A DNA stretch of 64,000 nucleotides from Desulfobaccales bacterium (GTDB lineage Bacteria; Desulfobacterota; Desulfobaccia; Desulfobaccales; 0-14-0-80-60-11): positions 1,892 through 65,891 of the forward strand of contig JBIOJX010000001.1 in NCBI GenBank assembly GCA_044451265.1, given 5' to 3'. Every line of letters starts with the position of its first letter. The stretch's first letter is position 1. A program made the translations under genes and the position numbers. Shown piece by piece: positions 45,984-54,829 of the stretch. A model generated the notes under the pieces. The model worked only from the letters and a program-made list of their open reading frames with translations. It made no database searches and was not told where the DNA came from.

Positions 45984-46415
45984 TCAACTTTGCCGGCAGC
46001 CGCAAGTCACCCCGGTCGCCGCCGGCCGGGCTGGTTCGCCAGCACCACCCTGCAACCGGCGGACTGCCTCTTTGACCTGGTCAATTTCTTCTCGCTTGAG
46101 ATTCAAGTCTTTGTTTTTGTCAATGCCCAAACCGGTAATCACCAGGTAGCCCCGCAGCGGCACCTCTGCCTGCTCAAGCACGCCTTTGGCGCAGCCAACC
46201 TCGCAGCCGTCAATGACCACCAGATTGTCGATATCCCTGGCTGACTGAACAAAACCGCTTAAGTGTGCTCCAACCCCGGCAAGGCAAGAGAGTTTACCGA
46301 AACCCTCTTGGGTCAATTCAATGGCGGCCTGGTTAGACAACTGCCCCACGTTGGAGCCTCCCGAGCAGGCCAGTATCATGGTGTTAACTGTGGGCTGACA
46401 GCAATCTGCGGCCAT
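45984..46415 (-). CDS. DGC-domain protein with N-terminal vicinal Cys (MAADCC)
   Basis: MILACSGGSNVGQLSNQAA...LSCLAGVGAH...LVVIDGCEVGCAKG is the canonical DGC layout. Start after the GGGAGG SD. Confidence 0.8.
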   Translation of the reverse strand: MAADCCQPTVNTMILACSGGSNVGQLSNQAAIELTQEGFGKLSCLAGVGAHLSGFVQSARDIDNLVVIDGCEVGCAKGVLEQAEVPLRGYLVITGLGIDKNKDLNLKREEIDQVKEAVRRLQGGAGEPARPAATGVTCGCRQS

Positions 46416-46504
46416 GGCGTTGCCTCCCAATTAAATATAATTTTGTACTTGATTAAGAACGTCAAATTTCTATATAGTAATATATAATTTTTAGGAGAGA
46501 GCAA

Positions 46505-46918
46505 GTGAAAATTTTGCTGAAGTCGTTAAAAGCCCTGGCGGACGGCAATCGTCTACGTATCATCAGGCTCCTGATGGATCGGCCGCGCTGCGTCTGTGAA
46601 CTGCAAGCGGCCTTGCGCATTGCCCAGCCCACCGTCTCCAAGCACTTGAGCATCTTGGAAGAGGCAGGTTGGGTGGATAAACAGCGCCAGGGGAAGAATT
46701 TTATCTTCTACCAGCTCATTGAAGGGTTAGCACCTGAAGATCACCATGCCGCGCTACTGTCCCTGTTAAGCCATTGGCTGCTTGAAGACCCCGAGCTGAT
46801 AACCCTCAGCCTCCTGGCGCATGATCTTAATCCCGAAGAGATTTTAAAGAGGGCGGGAAGCCCCCGACCCGGCCTCTGCCGGGAATGCGGCGCCGAAATT
46901 GCCCCTACCGAACGTTAA
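46505..46918 (+). CDS. ArsR/SmtB-family transcriptional regulator (third copy, divergent from the DGC gene)
   Basis: LKALADGNRLRIIRLLMDRPRCVCELQAALRIAQPTVSKHLSILEEAGWV. GTG start. Confidence 0.85.
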   Translation: MKILLKSLKALADGNRLRIIRLLMDRPRCVCELQAALRIAQPTVSKHLSILEEAGWVDKQRQGKNFIFYQLIEGLAPEDHHAALLSLLSHWLLEDPELITLSLLAHDLNPEEILKRAGSPRPGLCRECGAEIAPTER

Positions 46919-46953
46919 TTCAAATAAAAATTTCAATAAGGAGACTCGCTGTC

Positions 46954-47478
46954 ATGTCCATGTCCCGCGGCACCTTCGGAATCTTCTTGCTGTTTTTGGC
47001 TCTAACCCTGGCCAATGCCGGCTGGGCCCAAACCACCAAACCCGCTTCACCCGACCATGTCATCCTTTATAAGCGGGCAGTCTCGCTCTTGGACCAGGCC
47101 CAACAGCAATTGAATGCCGGCAACCTCTCTGCGGCCAAGTCCCAGTCGAAAGAGGCCAATTCTCTTTTCACTCTCCTTAAGAAACAATACGACTCACTGC
47201 TGGCGGAGCATGAGCTTACTCCCCAAGAGGAGCAGCAACTGGCCATCAACCAAAAACTGTCCAGCGACGCCCACGCCCAGGCGGATCGCTTGATGGCAAC
47301 CGCCGCTGCCCAGGATAAGAAGGCCCGGGAGCTTGAGACGCAAGGACGTGAGGCGGATTCCAAAGCCTCGTATCGGCAGTCCAGGGACGAATATAACCGG
47401 GCGCAAAATCTCTACATCAAGTCCTCGATTTACGCCCTGCGCAATCAGCAGAGGGTCTTTCTCTTCCTGGCTCCTTAA
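46954..47478 (+). CDS. secreted alpha-helical/coiled-coil protein, hypothetical
   Basis: Signal peptide MSMSRGTFGIFLLFLALTLANAGWA, then Q/A/E/K-rich helices. Confidence 0.5.
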   Translation: MSMSRGTFGIFLLFLALTLANAGWAQTTKPASPDHVILYKRAVSLLDQAQQQLNAGNLSAAKSQSKEANSLFTLLKKQYDSLLAEHELTPQEEQQLAINQKLSSDAHAQADRLMATAAAQDKKARELETQGREADSKASYRQSRDEYNRAQNLYIKSSIYALRNQQRVFLFLAP

Positions 47479-47504
47479 ATCGGGGTATTCAACCGAAAGG
47501 CACC

Positions 47505-48629
47505 ATGATCAGGTCCCTTAACAGTTTTTTCCGGAGATTCTGGGTCTCAAAACCTCCTGCGTTCCAGTACCTCCAGGTGGAAGTGACCACCCGTTGCGAT
47601 CTCTCCGGCTGCTTGATGTGCCCCCGGAGCGCCTGGCCGGAGCGCTGGTTACACCAGGATCTCTCCTGGCAAAATTTTGAACGGCTCATCCCGGCTCTCA
47701 AATTTTTCAAACATGTTCATTTAAGCGGCTGGGGTGAGCCCCTGTTACACCCGCGGCTATGGGATATGGCCCAAGCAGCCCGCTCCCAGGGCTGCACCGT
47801 CAGCCTGACTACCAACGGCATGAATTTAACCGAAGCCATGCAGGTGCAGGTCTTGGAGCATCTGGACATGGTTGCGGTGTCACTGGATGGGGCAACGGCT
47901 GAAACTTTTGAGCGGCTGCGGCCTGGGGCCGATTTTCAGCGAGTCACCCAACAGGTTGCGGCGCTTTGCTCTCGCAAGCGGTCTCTGGGAAGACCGCGGC
48001 CGGAGGTGGTCTTACTGTTTATGAAGATGCGGCCTAATCTTACCGAATTACCTGCTTTCATCGAATTGGCTGCATCGTTTGGAGTTGATCGGGTCAATGC
48101 CACTAACCTGGATTTTATCCCAAATCCGGCAATGGAAGGCTTATCCCTCATAGCACCCAGTCCTCCAAGCCGGAAAATTGCAGAAGTGCTTGAACGGGCT
48201 GGTCAGAAGGCCAGGGAATTAAACTTGCCATTTCGCGATCTTAGCCTAATCTCGGCTGACGATCTTATGGTCTGCGCCGCCAATCCTCTTGAGAATGTCT
48301 TTGTCACCGCTTCCGGCGACCTCGCACCTTGCGTTTACCTGGGTCTGCCCTTATCTGGAGATTTCTCCAGGCAGTTCTTTCAAAAATCTGTCACCGCGCA
48401 AAATTACCTTTATGGCAGTATCCATCTCCAGGAATTTCTGGAAATCTTTCAACAACGGGCTTATCAGGAGTTCATTGGCTGTTTTCGCCGTCGGGTGCAA
48501 GAAAGTTCGAACCTGATTAATGATTTGGTGCCGAACTGCCAGACTTCAATTACGCAAAATCGGCTTACCTCGGAGCGATTTCCTTGGCCGCCTGCTTGCC
48601 AGGGATGTTACAAAAAACTCGGTTTTTAA
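47505..48629 (+). CDS. radical SAM protein with SPASM/twitch-like C-terminal domain
   Basis: ..LQVEVTTRCDLSGCLMCP.. cluster motif, GWGEPLLHP, SLDGATAETFERLR; C-terminal Cys-rich region ..CAANPLENVFVTASGDLAPCVYLG. Confidence 0.85.
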   Translation: MIRSLNSFFRRFWVSKPPAFQYLQVEVTTRCDLSGCLMCPRSAWPERWLHQDLSWQNFERLIPALKFFKHVHLSGWGEPLLHPRLWDMAQAARSQGCTVSLTTNGMNLTEAMQVQVLEHLDMVAVSLDGATAETFERLRPGADFQRVTQQVAALCSRKRSLGRPRPEVVLLFMKMRPNLTELPAFIELAASFGVDRVNATNLDFIPNPAMEGLSLIAPSPPSRKIAEVLERAGQKARELNLPFRDLSLISADDLMVCAANPLENVFVTASGDLAPCVYLGLPLSGDFSRQFFQKSVTAQNYLYGSIHLQEFLEIFQQRAYQEFIGCFRRRVQESSNLINDLVPNCQTSITQNRLTSERFPWPPACQGCYKKLGF

Positions 48630-48808
48630 GCATTGAACCCTATACAGACGATTTAGCCATCACCTTTGCGACTTCGCAATTAACCTGTCATCACTCCTCA
48701 TATTTCCCCCGAATCTAATCAGTTGCATTTATGGATAAATTTAGGGAAAATAATCATTAGGATGCACTTGGAACCATTACATTTTTTCTGTTAAAGGCCG
48801 TTCTGCAA

Positions 48809-49768
48809 ATGCGTATTCTCCTGAAACACGCTTGCCTGGTCCATGTGGTTCTGGCATTGGGCCTGGTCTTAATGATCAGCAGTTGCAGCGACGACCGCGA
48901 TAAAACGGTAGTGGACTTCTCCAGGACCGTGCCAGTGGCCCGGCCAGGAGAGCGGGCCTCCCCGACTCCGCCTTTGCGGGTTGCCGTGGCCGCCATGATT
49001 TCTCCAAAGGAGACCTTCGACCTCTACCGGCAACTTCTGGCCTACCTGGGGAGCAAGCTCGGTAAAGACCTGGAATTCGTACAACGTAAAACTTATGCGG
49101 AAATCGATGAACTTCTCAAAAAAGGCGAAATTGATCTGGCCTTCATCTGCTCGGGCCCTTATGTAGCCGGCAGGGGAAATTTTGGCTTCGAGTCCTTGGC
49201 CGTGCCAGAAATCCACGGCAGCCATTTCTACCACTCCTACCTGATTGTCAATAAAGAAAGCCCCATCCATCGCCTGGAAGAACTTAAAGGGCATACCTTT
49301 GCTTTTACTGACCCCGATTCCAATACCGGCCGGCTGGTCCCCACTTCCTGGCTGGCGGAAGTACATGAGAAGCCGGAAACCTTTTTCAACCGCATTGTCT
49401 ATACTTATAGCCATGATAATTCCATCATGGCGGTTGCCAGAAATCTGGTGGACGGCGCGACGGTGGACGGACTGATTTGGGACTTTTACCAACTGAAGAA
49501 TCCAACTTTTACTTCCCAAACCCGAATTATCAAGAAATCTGAACCATTCGGTAACCCGCCCCTGGTAGCTTCCAAGAACCTCTCAGTCGATTCCAAAGAG
49601 CGGATTCGGCAGATCTTATTCTCCATGCACCAGGACCCGGAAGGCAAAAAGATCCTAGCGGAATTGATGATTGACCGGTTTATCGCTCCTCAGGATGAAT
49701 GGTACGACAACCTGAGGCAGATGTACCAACGGGTAGCGGGAGGAAAAGATAAATCCCATGCGCCTTAG
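48809..49768 (+). CDS. PhnD-like periplasmic substrate-binding protein
   Basis: Signal/lipobox-like MISSCSD; ..[64 protein letters not shown].. Confidence 0.8.
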   Translation: MRILLKHACLVHVVLALGLVLMISSCSDDRDKTVVDFSRTVPVARPGERASPTPPLRVAVAAMISPKETFDLYRQLLAYLGSKLGKDLEFVQRKTYAEIDELLKKGEIDLAFICSGPYVAGRGNFGFESLAVPEIHGSHFYHSYLIVNKESPIHRLEELKGHTFAFTDPDSNTGRLVPTSWLAEVHEKPETFFNRIVYTYSHDNSIMAVARNLVDGATVDGLIWDFYQLKNPTFTSQTRIIKKSEPFGNPPLVASKNLSVDSKERIRQILFSMHQDPEGKKILAELMIDRFIAPQDEWYDNLRQMYQRVAGGKDKSHAP

Positions 49769-51950
49769 GAGCCTTCAGAGTAAGTTACTCCTTGCGGTCA
49801 GTGCCCTGGTTATCGCCAGTGGGCTGGTTATAACACTATTGCTCACCCGCCAATACAGTTCTGCCCTGCGCAAGGCCATGGTCAGCCAGGTGGAAAACGC
49901 TGCCCAAACCATTGCCCTGGATGCCGCAGACAAGATTCTCGTCAACGACCTGGTCTCCTTGCAAAGAATGCTGGACCAGCAGATTCAGAGCAACACCGCA
50001 CTTGGCTATATCTTGATTTTGAGAGATAGCCAGGTTCTTGCCCATACCTTTGAACGTGGCGTTCCCGCAGAATTGCTGGGCGCTAACCATACCGTTGCTG
50101 GAGAACGGCCCCACCTGCGGGAAATCGTTTCCCAAAAAGGGGAATACTTCCTCGATGCCGCCTGGCCTATCTTTGGAGGCAAGGCCGGAGTCTTGCGGCT
50201 GGGTTTTTCTGAAAGTCAATACCGCCGCCAGGTGGCCCAATTGTGGTTGGAGATCGGTTTGTTTACCCTGGGAATACTATTGATCGCCTGGATTGGGAGT
50301 CTGTTTTTCGTGCGGCGCATAACCCGACCCCTGGCTGCCCTGGTCCAGGCGACGCAAGAGATTGACCGGGGTGAATCGAATGTACAGGTTGACGTGCAGG
50401 GGCAGGATGAAATCGCAGCACTGGCGGAATCCTTCAACCACATGGTCAGCCGCCAGCAGGAATACACCCATCGTCTCGAAGAGCAGGCCATGGAGCTGGA
50501 GCGCTCCCATGGGCAGACTGTCACGGCCTGTAAAATTGTCCAAGAGGTCAGCGCCCTGCGTACCCTGGATGAGATGGGCGCCATTTTGTTGAAAAGACTG
50601 AAGGACTCCATGCTCTGCCAGCATCTGGTGTTGGCTCTCCTCAGCTCCGCTAAGGATACGCTTTATGTCCTGTCAGGCCAGAAGGCTAGGATATTTCATG
50701 ATCCGCAAATCATCCAGGCGGTCAAAGACAACTTGGAAGGGCTTAAAAATGTGACGTTCTCCCGCCGCAAACTCTTCAAAGCGCCTTTACTCCCCGAAGA
50801 CTTTACCCTGGCGGAGCGTCAGGCCATTATCCCGCTAAGCAGTGAGCAACTTTGCGGCGCCGCAATCGTAGCCTGCCCGGGAGGATGCGCCTGCAATCAA
50901 GAGGAGATCGAGCGGGTCCGCCTCATCTTGAACCAGACTGCTGGTGCTTTGGGCCGGGCCGTTTTCCACGAAGACGAGGTCATTGGGCTCAAAAAGCGGC
51001 TGGACGCGGCTACTGGATTTGGGGATTTGATCGGCAAAGACCCCAAGATGCAGCTGGTCTATAAGCTCATCGAAGACGTGGCGCCCTCGGATGCCACAGT
51101 ACTGATCCAGGGCGAAAGCGGGACTGGCAAGGAACTGGTGGCCCGGGCCATTCATCAGCATAGCCCCAGGAAAGACGGACCTTTCGTGGTAATTAATTGC
51201 TCGGCGTATCCCGCCACGCTGTTGGAGAGCGAACTTTTCGGCCATGAGAAAGGCTCCTTCACCGGGGCCTTGCGCCAAAAGGCGGGGCGGTTTGAGCAGG
51301 CCAATGGCGGCACGGTTTTTCTTGACGAGGTAGGGGACATTCCGCTCCCCGCCCAGGTCAAATTGCTGCGGGTCCTGCAAACCCGGAAATTTGAGCGAGT
51401 GGGAGGAGAGCAGACGCTCACGGTAGATGTGCGGGTCTTGGCGGCCAGCCATAAAGACCTGGTCCAAGAGGTCAAGAACGGCAACTTTCGGGAGGATCTC
51501 TTCTATCGACTCGATGTAATCCCCATCCACCTGCCGCCATTGCGGGAGCGCAAAAACGATATTCCTTTGCTGGTTGAGCATTTCCTGAAGCTTTTTTCTG
51601 CAGAAAGAAGAAAAGACATCCAAGGGCTCAGTTCTGAAGCCTTGCGAATACTTTTGAATTACTCCTGGCCGGGCAATGTCCGTGAACTGGAAAATACTAT
51701 CGAGCATGCCGTCGTCTTGGCTAAGGCTGGACAGGTGGACGCCTGGGATTTGCCTGCCGCCATTCAGGCTAGTTCGCCGGGAGCTTCGCCCACTCTGGCA
51801 CAGAGAGAGGGAAAAACCCTTCTGGAAATCCTGGAAGAATGCGGCTGGAATAAAAAATTGGCAGCCCAGCGCTTAGGGATTAGCCGCAGCACCCTCTATC
51901 TCATGCTGAAAAGGCACAAGATTTCCGGCTCCAAACCCACCACTCATTAA
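49758..51950 (+). CDS. membrane-anchored sigma-54-dependent transcriptional activator (2 TM + periplasmic domain + HAMP + GAF-like + AAA+ + Fis-type HTH)
   Basis: Hydrophobic helices near residues 10-30 and 165-190; HAMP ([10 protein letters not shown]...AESFNHMV); [14 protein letters not shown] Walker A; GSFTGA (GAFTGA variant); C-terminal [21 protein letters not shown]. 11-nt overlap with the PhnD-like gene. Confidence 0.9.
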   Translation: MRLRSLQSKLLLAVSALVIASGLVITLLLTRQYSSALRKAMVSQVENAAQTIALDAADKILVNDLVSLQRMLDQQIQSNTALGYILILRDSQVLAHTFERGVPAELLGANHTVAGERPHLREIVSQKGEYFLDAAWPIFGGKAGVLRLGFSESQYRRQVAQLWLEIGLFTLGILLIAWIGSLFFVRRITRPLAALVQATQEIDRGESNVQVDVQGQDEIAALAESFNHMVSRQQEYTHRLEEQAMELERSHGQTVTACKIVQEVSALRTLDEMGAILLKRLKDSMLCQHLVLALLSSAKDTLYVLSGQKARIFHDPQIIQAVKDNLEGLKNVTFSRRKLFKAPLLPEDFTLAERQAIIPLSSEQLCGAAIVACPGGCACNQEEIERVRLILNQTAGALGRAVFHEDEVIGLKKRLDAATGFGDLIGKDPKMQLVYKLIEDVAPSDATVLIQGESGTGKELVARAIHQHSPRKDGPFVVINCSAYPATLLESELFGHEKGSFTGALRQKAGRFEQANGGTVFLDEVGDIPLPAQVKLLRVLQTRKFERVGGEQTLTVDVRVLAASHKDLVQEVKNGNFREDLFYRLDVIPIHLPPLRERKNDIPLLVEHFLKLFSAERRKDIQGLSSEALRILLNYSWPGNVRELENTIEHAVVLAKAGQVDAWDLPAAIQASSPGASPTLAQREGKTLLEILEECGWNKKLAAQRLGISRSTLYLMLKRHKISGSKPTTH

Positions 51951-51977
51951 GTCCACATCTCTTTCTCAACAGCCATT

Positions 51978-52079
51978 TGTGTCCGAAGGACCGTTTTCGC
52001 GTCCGATTTTAGGACATAGCTAATTAGCTGCAATAATTACTTATTTATAAAAGTGTCTAAGAGTGTCGTGTCCGATAGG
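51978..52079 (+). promoter_or_regulatory. candidate upstream activator sites: three GTCCGA-containing inverted repeats
   Basis: tGTGTCCgaaGGACc (51978-51991), gcGTCCgattttaGGACa (51999-52015), gtGTCCgataGGCC (52068-52079). They lie 110-215 nt upstream of the sigma-54 promoter, with an AT-rich stretch between. Confidence 0.3.
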
Positions 52080-52191
52080 CCTTGTCGGCCGATTGAGATC
52101 ATCCAGTTCGCACAACTTCCTCAAGGAAGTTTCATTATAATTTCAATCACATAAGGTTTGCGTAAGGAATTTCTGCAAAGCCCAGAAGGCT

Positions 52192-52207
52192 TGGCCTGAA
52201 ATATGCT
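52192..52207 (+). promoter_or_regulatory. sigma-54 (-24/-12) promoter TGGCCTGAAATATGCT
   Basis: The GG and GC dinucleotides are spaced exactly as in TGGCAC-N5-TTGCW. Located 34-49 nt upstream of the receiver gene that heads the molybdoenzyme operon. Confidence 0.55.
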
Positions 52208-52255
52208 CTTTAGATCAGGCAAAACTCCAATTAAGGGTCTTTGGGTAATTCAGTC

Positions 52256-52648
52256 ATGGGAATGCTCAGGGTTGCGGTAGTTGATGCTGATGTACAGTAT
52301 TGCCGGGAACTCTGCGCCTTGTTGGAGGAGGCCAATGTCCCGGTAGCCCCGCTCTATTCCCTGGAAGATTTGGCCGCGCACTTAAGGAGAGAGCCGGTTG
52401 CGGTGTTGATCATTGATCTGGATACCTTGCCAATCGACAATAACGTTTTTCGGAACCTTAAAAAACAATACGCCAACATGCATATCCTGTGTCTCTCCAG
52501 CCGCAATTATCACCCGGGCCTGGAAGAGGCTATGGGAGCGCATATTTGCGCCAGCCTGGCTAAGCCCTTAGACTCCGAGGAACTTTTTTACTGGCTTAAG
52601 GCCATTGCCGAAATTAACCCAGTGGAGCAAACCGAAAAACCCGGATGA
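52256..52648 (+). CDS. single-domain response-regulator receiver protein
   Basis: VAVVDAD...VLIIDLD...LCLSS...AKP pattern of CheY-like receivers. The track start (TTG 52241) is possible; ATG at 52256 is preferred. Confidence 0.7.
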   Translation: MGMLRVAVVDADVQYCRELCALLEEANVPVAPLYSLEDLAAHLRREPVAVLIIDLDTLPIDNNVFRNLKKQYANMHILCLSSRNYHPGLEEAMGAHICASLAKPLDSEELFYWLKAIAEINPVEQTEKPG

Positions 52649-52695
52649 AGGGTTGGTCCTTTAGTGCGGGGAATATGAATGAAGGAGATATCAGC

Positions 52696-53586
52696 ATGGA
52701 CAGACGTTCTTTTGTGAAGATAGGCGGTCTCCTAGGCGGCGCCCTTGGGGCGGCCGATCTTTTATTTATTGGAGACGCGCTTGCCAACCCTGCGGCTGAC
52801 CGAAGCGCCAGCCTGCCTGTGCTTGATCGGGTAAAAGCCGAGCCGGGCGAAGACGTGCTGATTCGCATGCAGCGTGAACTGGTCCGAGCGATGAACAAAC
52901 CCCTCGAGCAGCGGCGCTGGGGGATGGTCATCGACACGCGCAAGTGCGTTGGGTGTCATTCCTGTAATGTGGGCTGCATCATGGAAAACAAGCTCCCTCC
53001 CGGGGTGGTTTATCGCCCGGTGATCGACCAGGAAGTCGGCAGCTATCCCAATGTCGGCCGCAGGTTTCTGCCGCGGCCCTGCATGCATTGCGATAATCCT
53101 CCCTGCGTTCCGGTCTGCCCGGTCAAAGCCACCTGGAAGCGCCCCGACGGCGCGGTGGTGATTGATTATAATGTCTGTATCGGCTGCCGTTACTGCCTCA
53201 CCGCCTGCCCGTACCAGGCGCGGACGTTCGACTTCGGAGAGAACTGGGACAGTAAGGCCGCTTCCGGAAACGATGGGGGCCTGGCGCTGGAGACTTGCCG
53301 AAAATATGGGCAAGAGCCTTCTTTTGAGTATGGCTCCACCTGGCACCGCGGCGAAGGCGTCATCCCGAAAAGTCCGGTCGGTAATGCCCGGAAGTGCACC
53401 TTCTGTGTGCACCGGCTGGAGCATCGCCAATTGCCCATGTGCGTCACAACCTGCATCGGGAGGGCGACTTTTTTCGGCGACCTCAATGACCCGACGACTC
53501 TCGTATCCCAGCAAGCCGTACAAAACAACGCCGTGAGCTTAAAGCCGGAGCTTGGTACTACACCTAAGGTTCGTTACCTGCTTTAA
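52696..53586 (+). CDS. 4x[4Fe-4S] ferredoxin-type electron-transfer subunit (TtrB/PsrB/DmsB-like) with its own twin-arginine signal
   Basis: [20 protein letters not shown]; [45 protein letters not shown]...CVTTC. ATG at 52696 preceded by GAAGGAG. Confidence 0.9.
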   Translation: MDRRSFVKIGGLLGGALGAADLLFIGDALANPAADRSASLPVLDRVKAEPGEDVLIRMQRELVRAMNKPLEQRRWGMVIDTRKCVGCHSCNVGCIMENKLPPGVVYRPVIDQEVGSYPNVGRRFLPRPCMHCDNPPCVPVCPVKATWKRPDGAVVIDYNVCIGCRYCLTACPYQARTFDFGENWDSKAASGNDGGLALETCRKYGQEPSFEYGSTWHRGEGVIPKSPVGNARKCTFCVHRLEHRQLPMCVTTCIGRATFFGDLNDPTTLVSQQAVQNNAVSLKPELGTTPKVRYLL

Positions 53587-53602
53587 CGCCAAGGAGGTCA
53601 CA

Positions 53603-54829
53603 ATGGCTGTCTCTTCCGTCTCTTCAATTGACATTGCCAGTCCTGCCAACCGGGCGCGCCTGTTATGGACCCTGTGGATTCTGGCGGCTATCATCGGCGG
53701 GATTGGTTTTATTGAGCGTTTGGTCCACGGCGAACAGGCCGCGGACTTTTCCAGTTATATCCCCTGGGGTCTGTGGGTTGCCGCTTATATCTATTTCAGT
53801 GGCTTGTCGGCCGGAGCGTTCCTGCTTGCCGCCGCTGCCTACGTTTTTAGAATACGGGTGCTCGAACCGATTGTCCGCCCGGCACTTCTCCTTGCTGCGG
53901 TGACGCTTCCCATGGGCCTGCTGCTCATCGGCTTTGACCTGGGCCATTTGGAAAGAGCTCTCCTGGTCTTCATCCGCCCCCAATTTCATTCGATGATGGC
54001 CTGGATGGTCTGGCTTTATACCGCCTACCTGATCCTGGTGATCGCGATGCTGTGGTTGAGCCTCAGGAGCATTCAGCCCGGCAGGAATCCTGAAGCGGTG
54101 GCCAATGACCGGGCCAGGGTGCGCCAGTTAGCAATTATTGGTATTCCCCTGGCTATCGCGTTTGCCGGAGGCGTCGGCGCCCTGTTTGCGACCCTCAACG
54201 CCCGGGAGTTTTGGAATTCCTCGTTATTTCCGGTCTTTTTCCTGGTCGGGGCCCTGACGTCCGGGACGGCCTTGGTGACTGCGGTGGTTGCCTGGCTCTG
54301 GCCTTCCCGGGATGCCGCCTGGAAAGACCTCGTGACTTTACTGGGTCGTATCGTTTTGGTGTTCATCCTCATCGATGTTGTCCTGGAATGGGCGGAGTTT
54401 TCGACCCCGTCATGGTATCAGATCGGCTCGTTTTTTGAGATCACCAGGTATGTCCTGTTTGGACCATACTGGTATGTGTTCTGGCTGGTGCACCTGCTGC
54501 TGGGCGTCCTCGTGCCGATTCTGCTCCTGGCAAAAGCCCGCAGCCCGGTGGTCACGGGAGTCGCTGCCGCCCTGGTGACGATCACCTTCTTCGCGGTACG
54601 GCTGAATCTGGTGATCCCCGGTCTGATCACTCCGGAACTTCGAGGCCTGGAGCAGGCATATCGCGATCCCATCGGCAACCGGCTCACCTTCGCCTACTTC
54701 CCGTCCTGGTCTGAGTGGGAATTGCTCCTGGGCGTGATTGCTGTCGGCGTTGCCCTTTGGTACGTGGTGGTACGACGATTCCCGCAAGTTTTCCTTAGTC
54801 CTGCGCAATCCAGTGAGGTGAGCCAATGA
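53603..54829 (+). CDS. NrfD/PsrC/TtrC-family integral membrane quinol-interacting subunit
   Basis: About 8-10 helices; ..YIPWGLWVAAYIYFSGLSAGAFLL.. typical NrfD N-terminal motif. ATG at 53603 preceded by AAGGAGG. Confidence 0.88.
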   Translation: MAVSSVSSIDIASPANRARLLWTLWILAAIIGGIGFIERLVHGEQAADFSSYIPWGLWVAAYIYFSGLSAGAFLLAAAAYVFRIRVLEPIVRPALLLAAVTLPMGLLLIGFDLGHLERALLVFIRPQFHSMMAWMVWLYTAYLILVIAMLWLSLRSIQPGRNPEAVANDRARVRQLAIIGIPLAIAFAGGVGALFATLNAREFWNSSLFPVFFLVGALTSGTALVTAVVAWLWPSRDAAWKDLVTLLGRIVLVFILIDVVLEWAEFSTPSWYQIGSFFEITRYVLFGPYWYVFWLVHLLLGVLVPILLLAKARSPVVTGVAAALVTITFFAVRLNLVIPGLITPELRGLEQAYRDPIGNRLTFAYFPSWSEWELLLGVIAVGVALWYVVVRRFPQVFLSPAQSSEVSQ

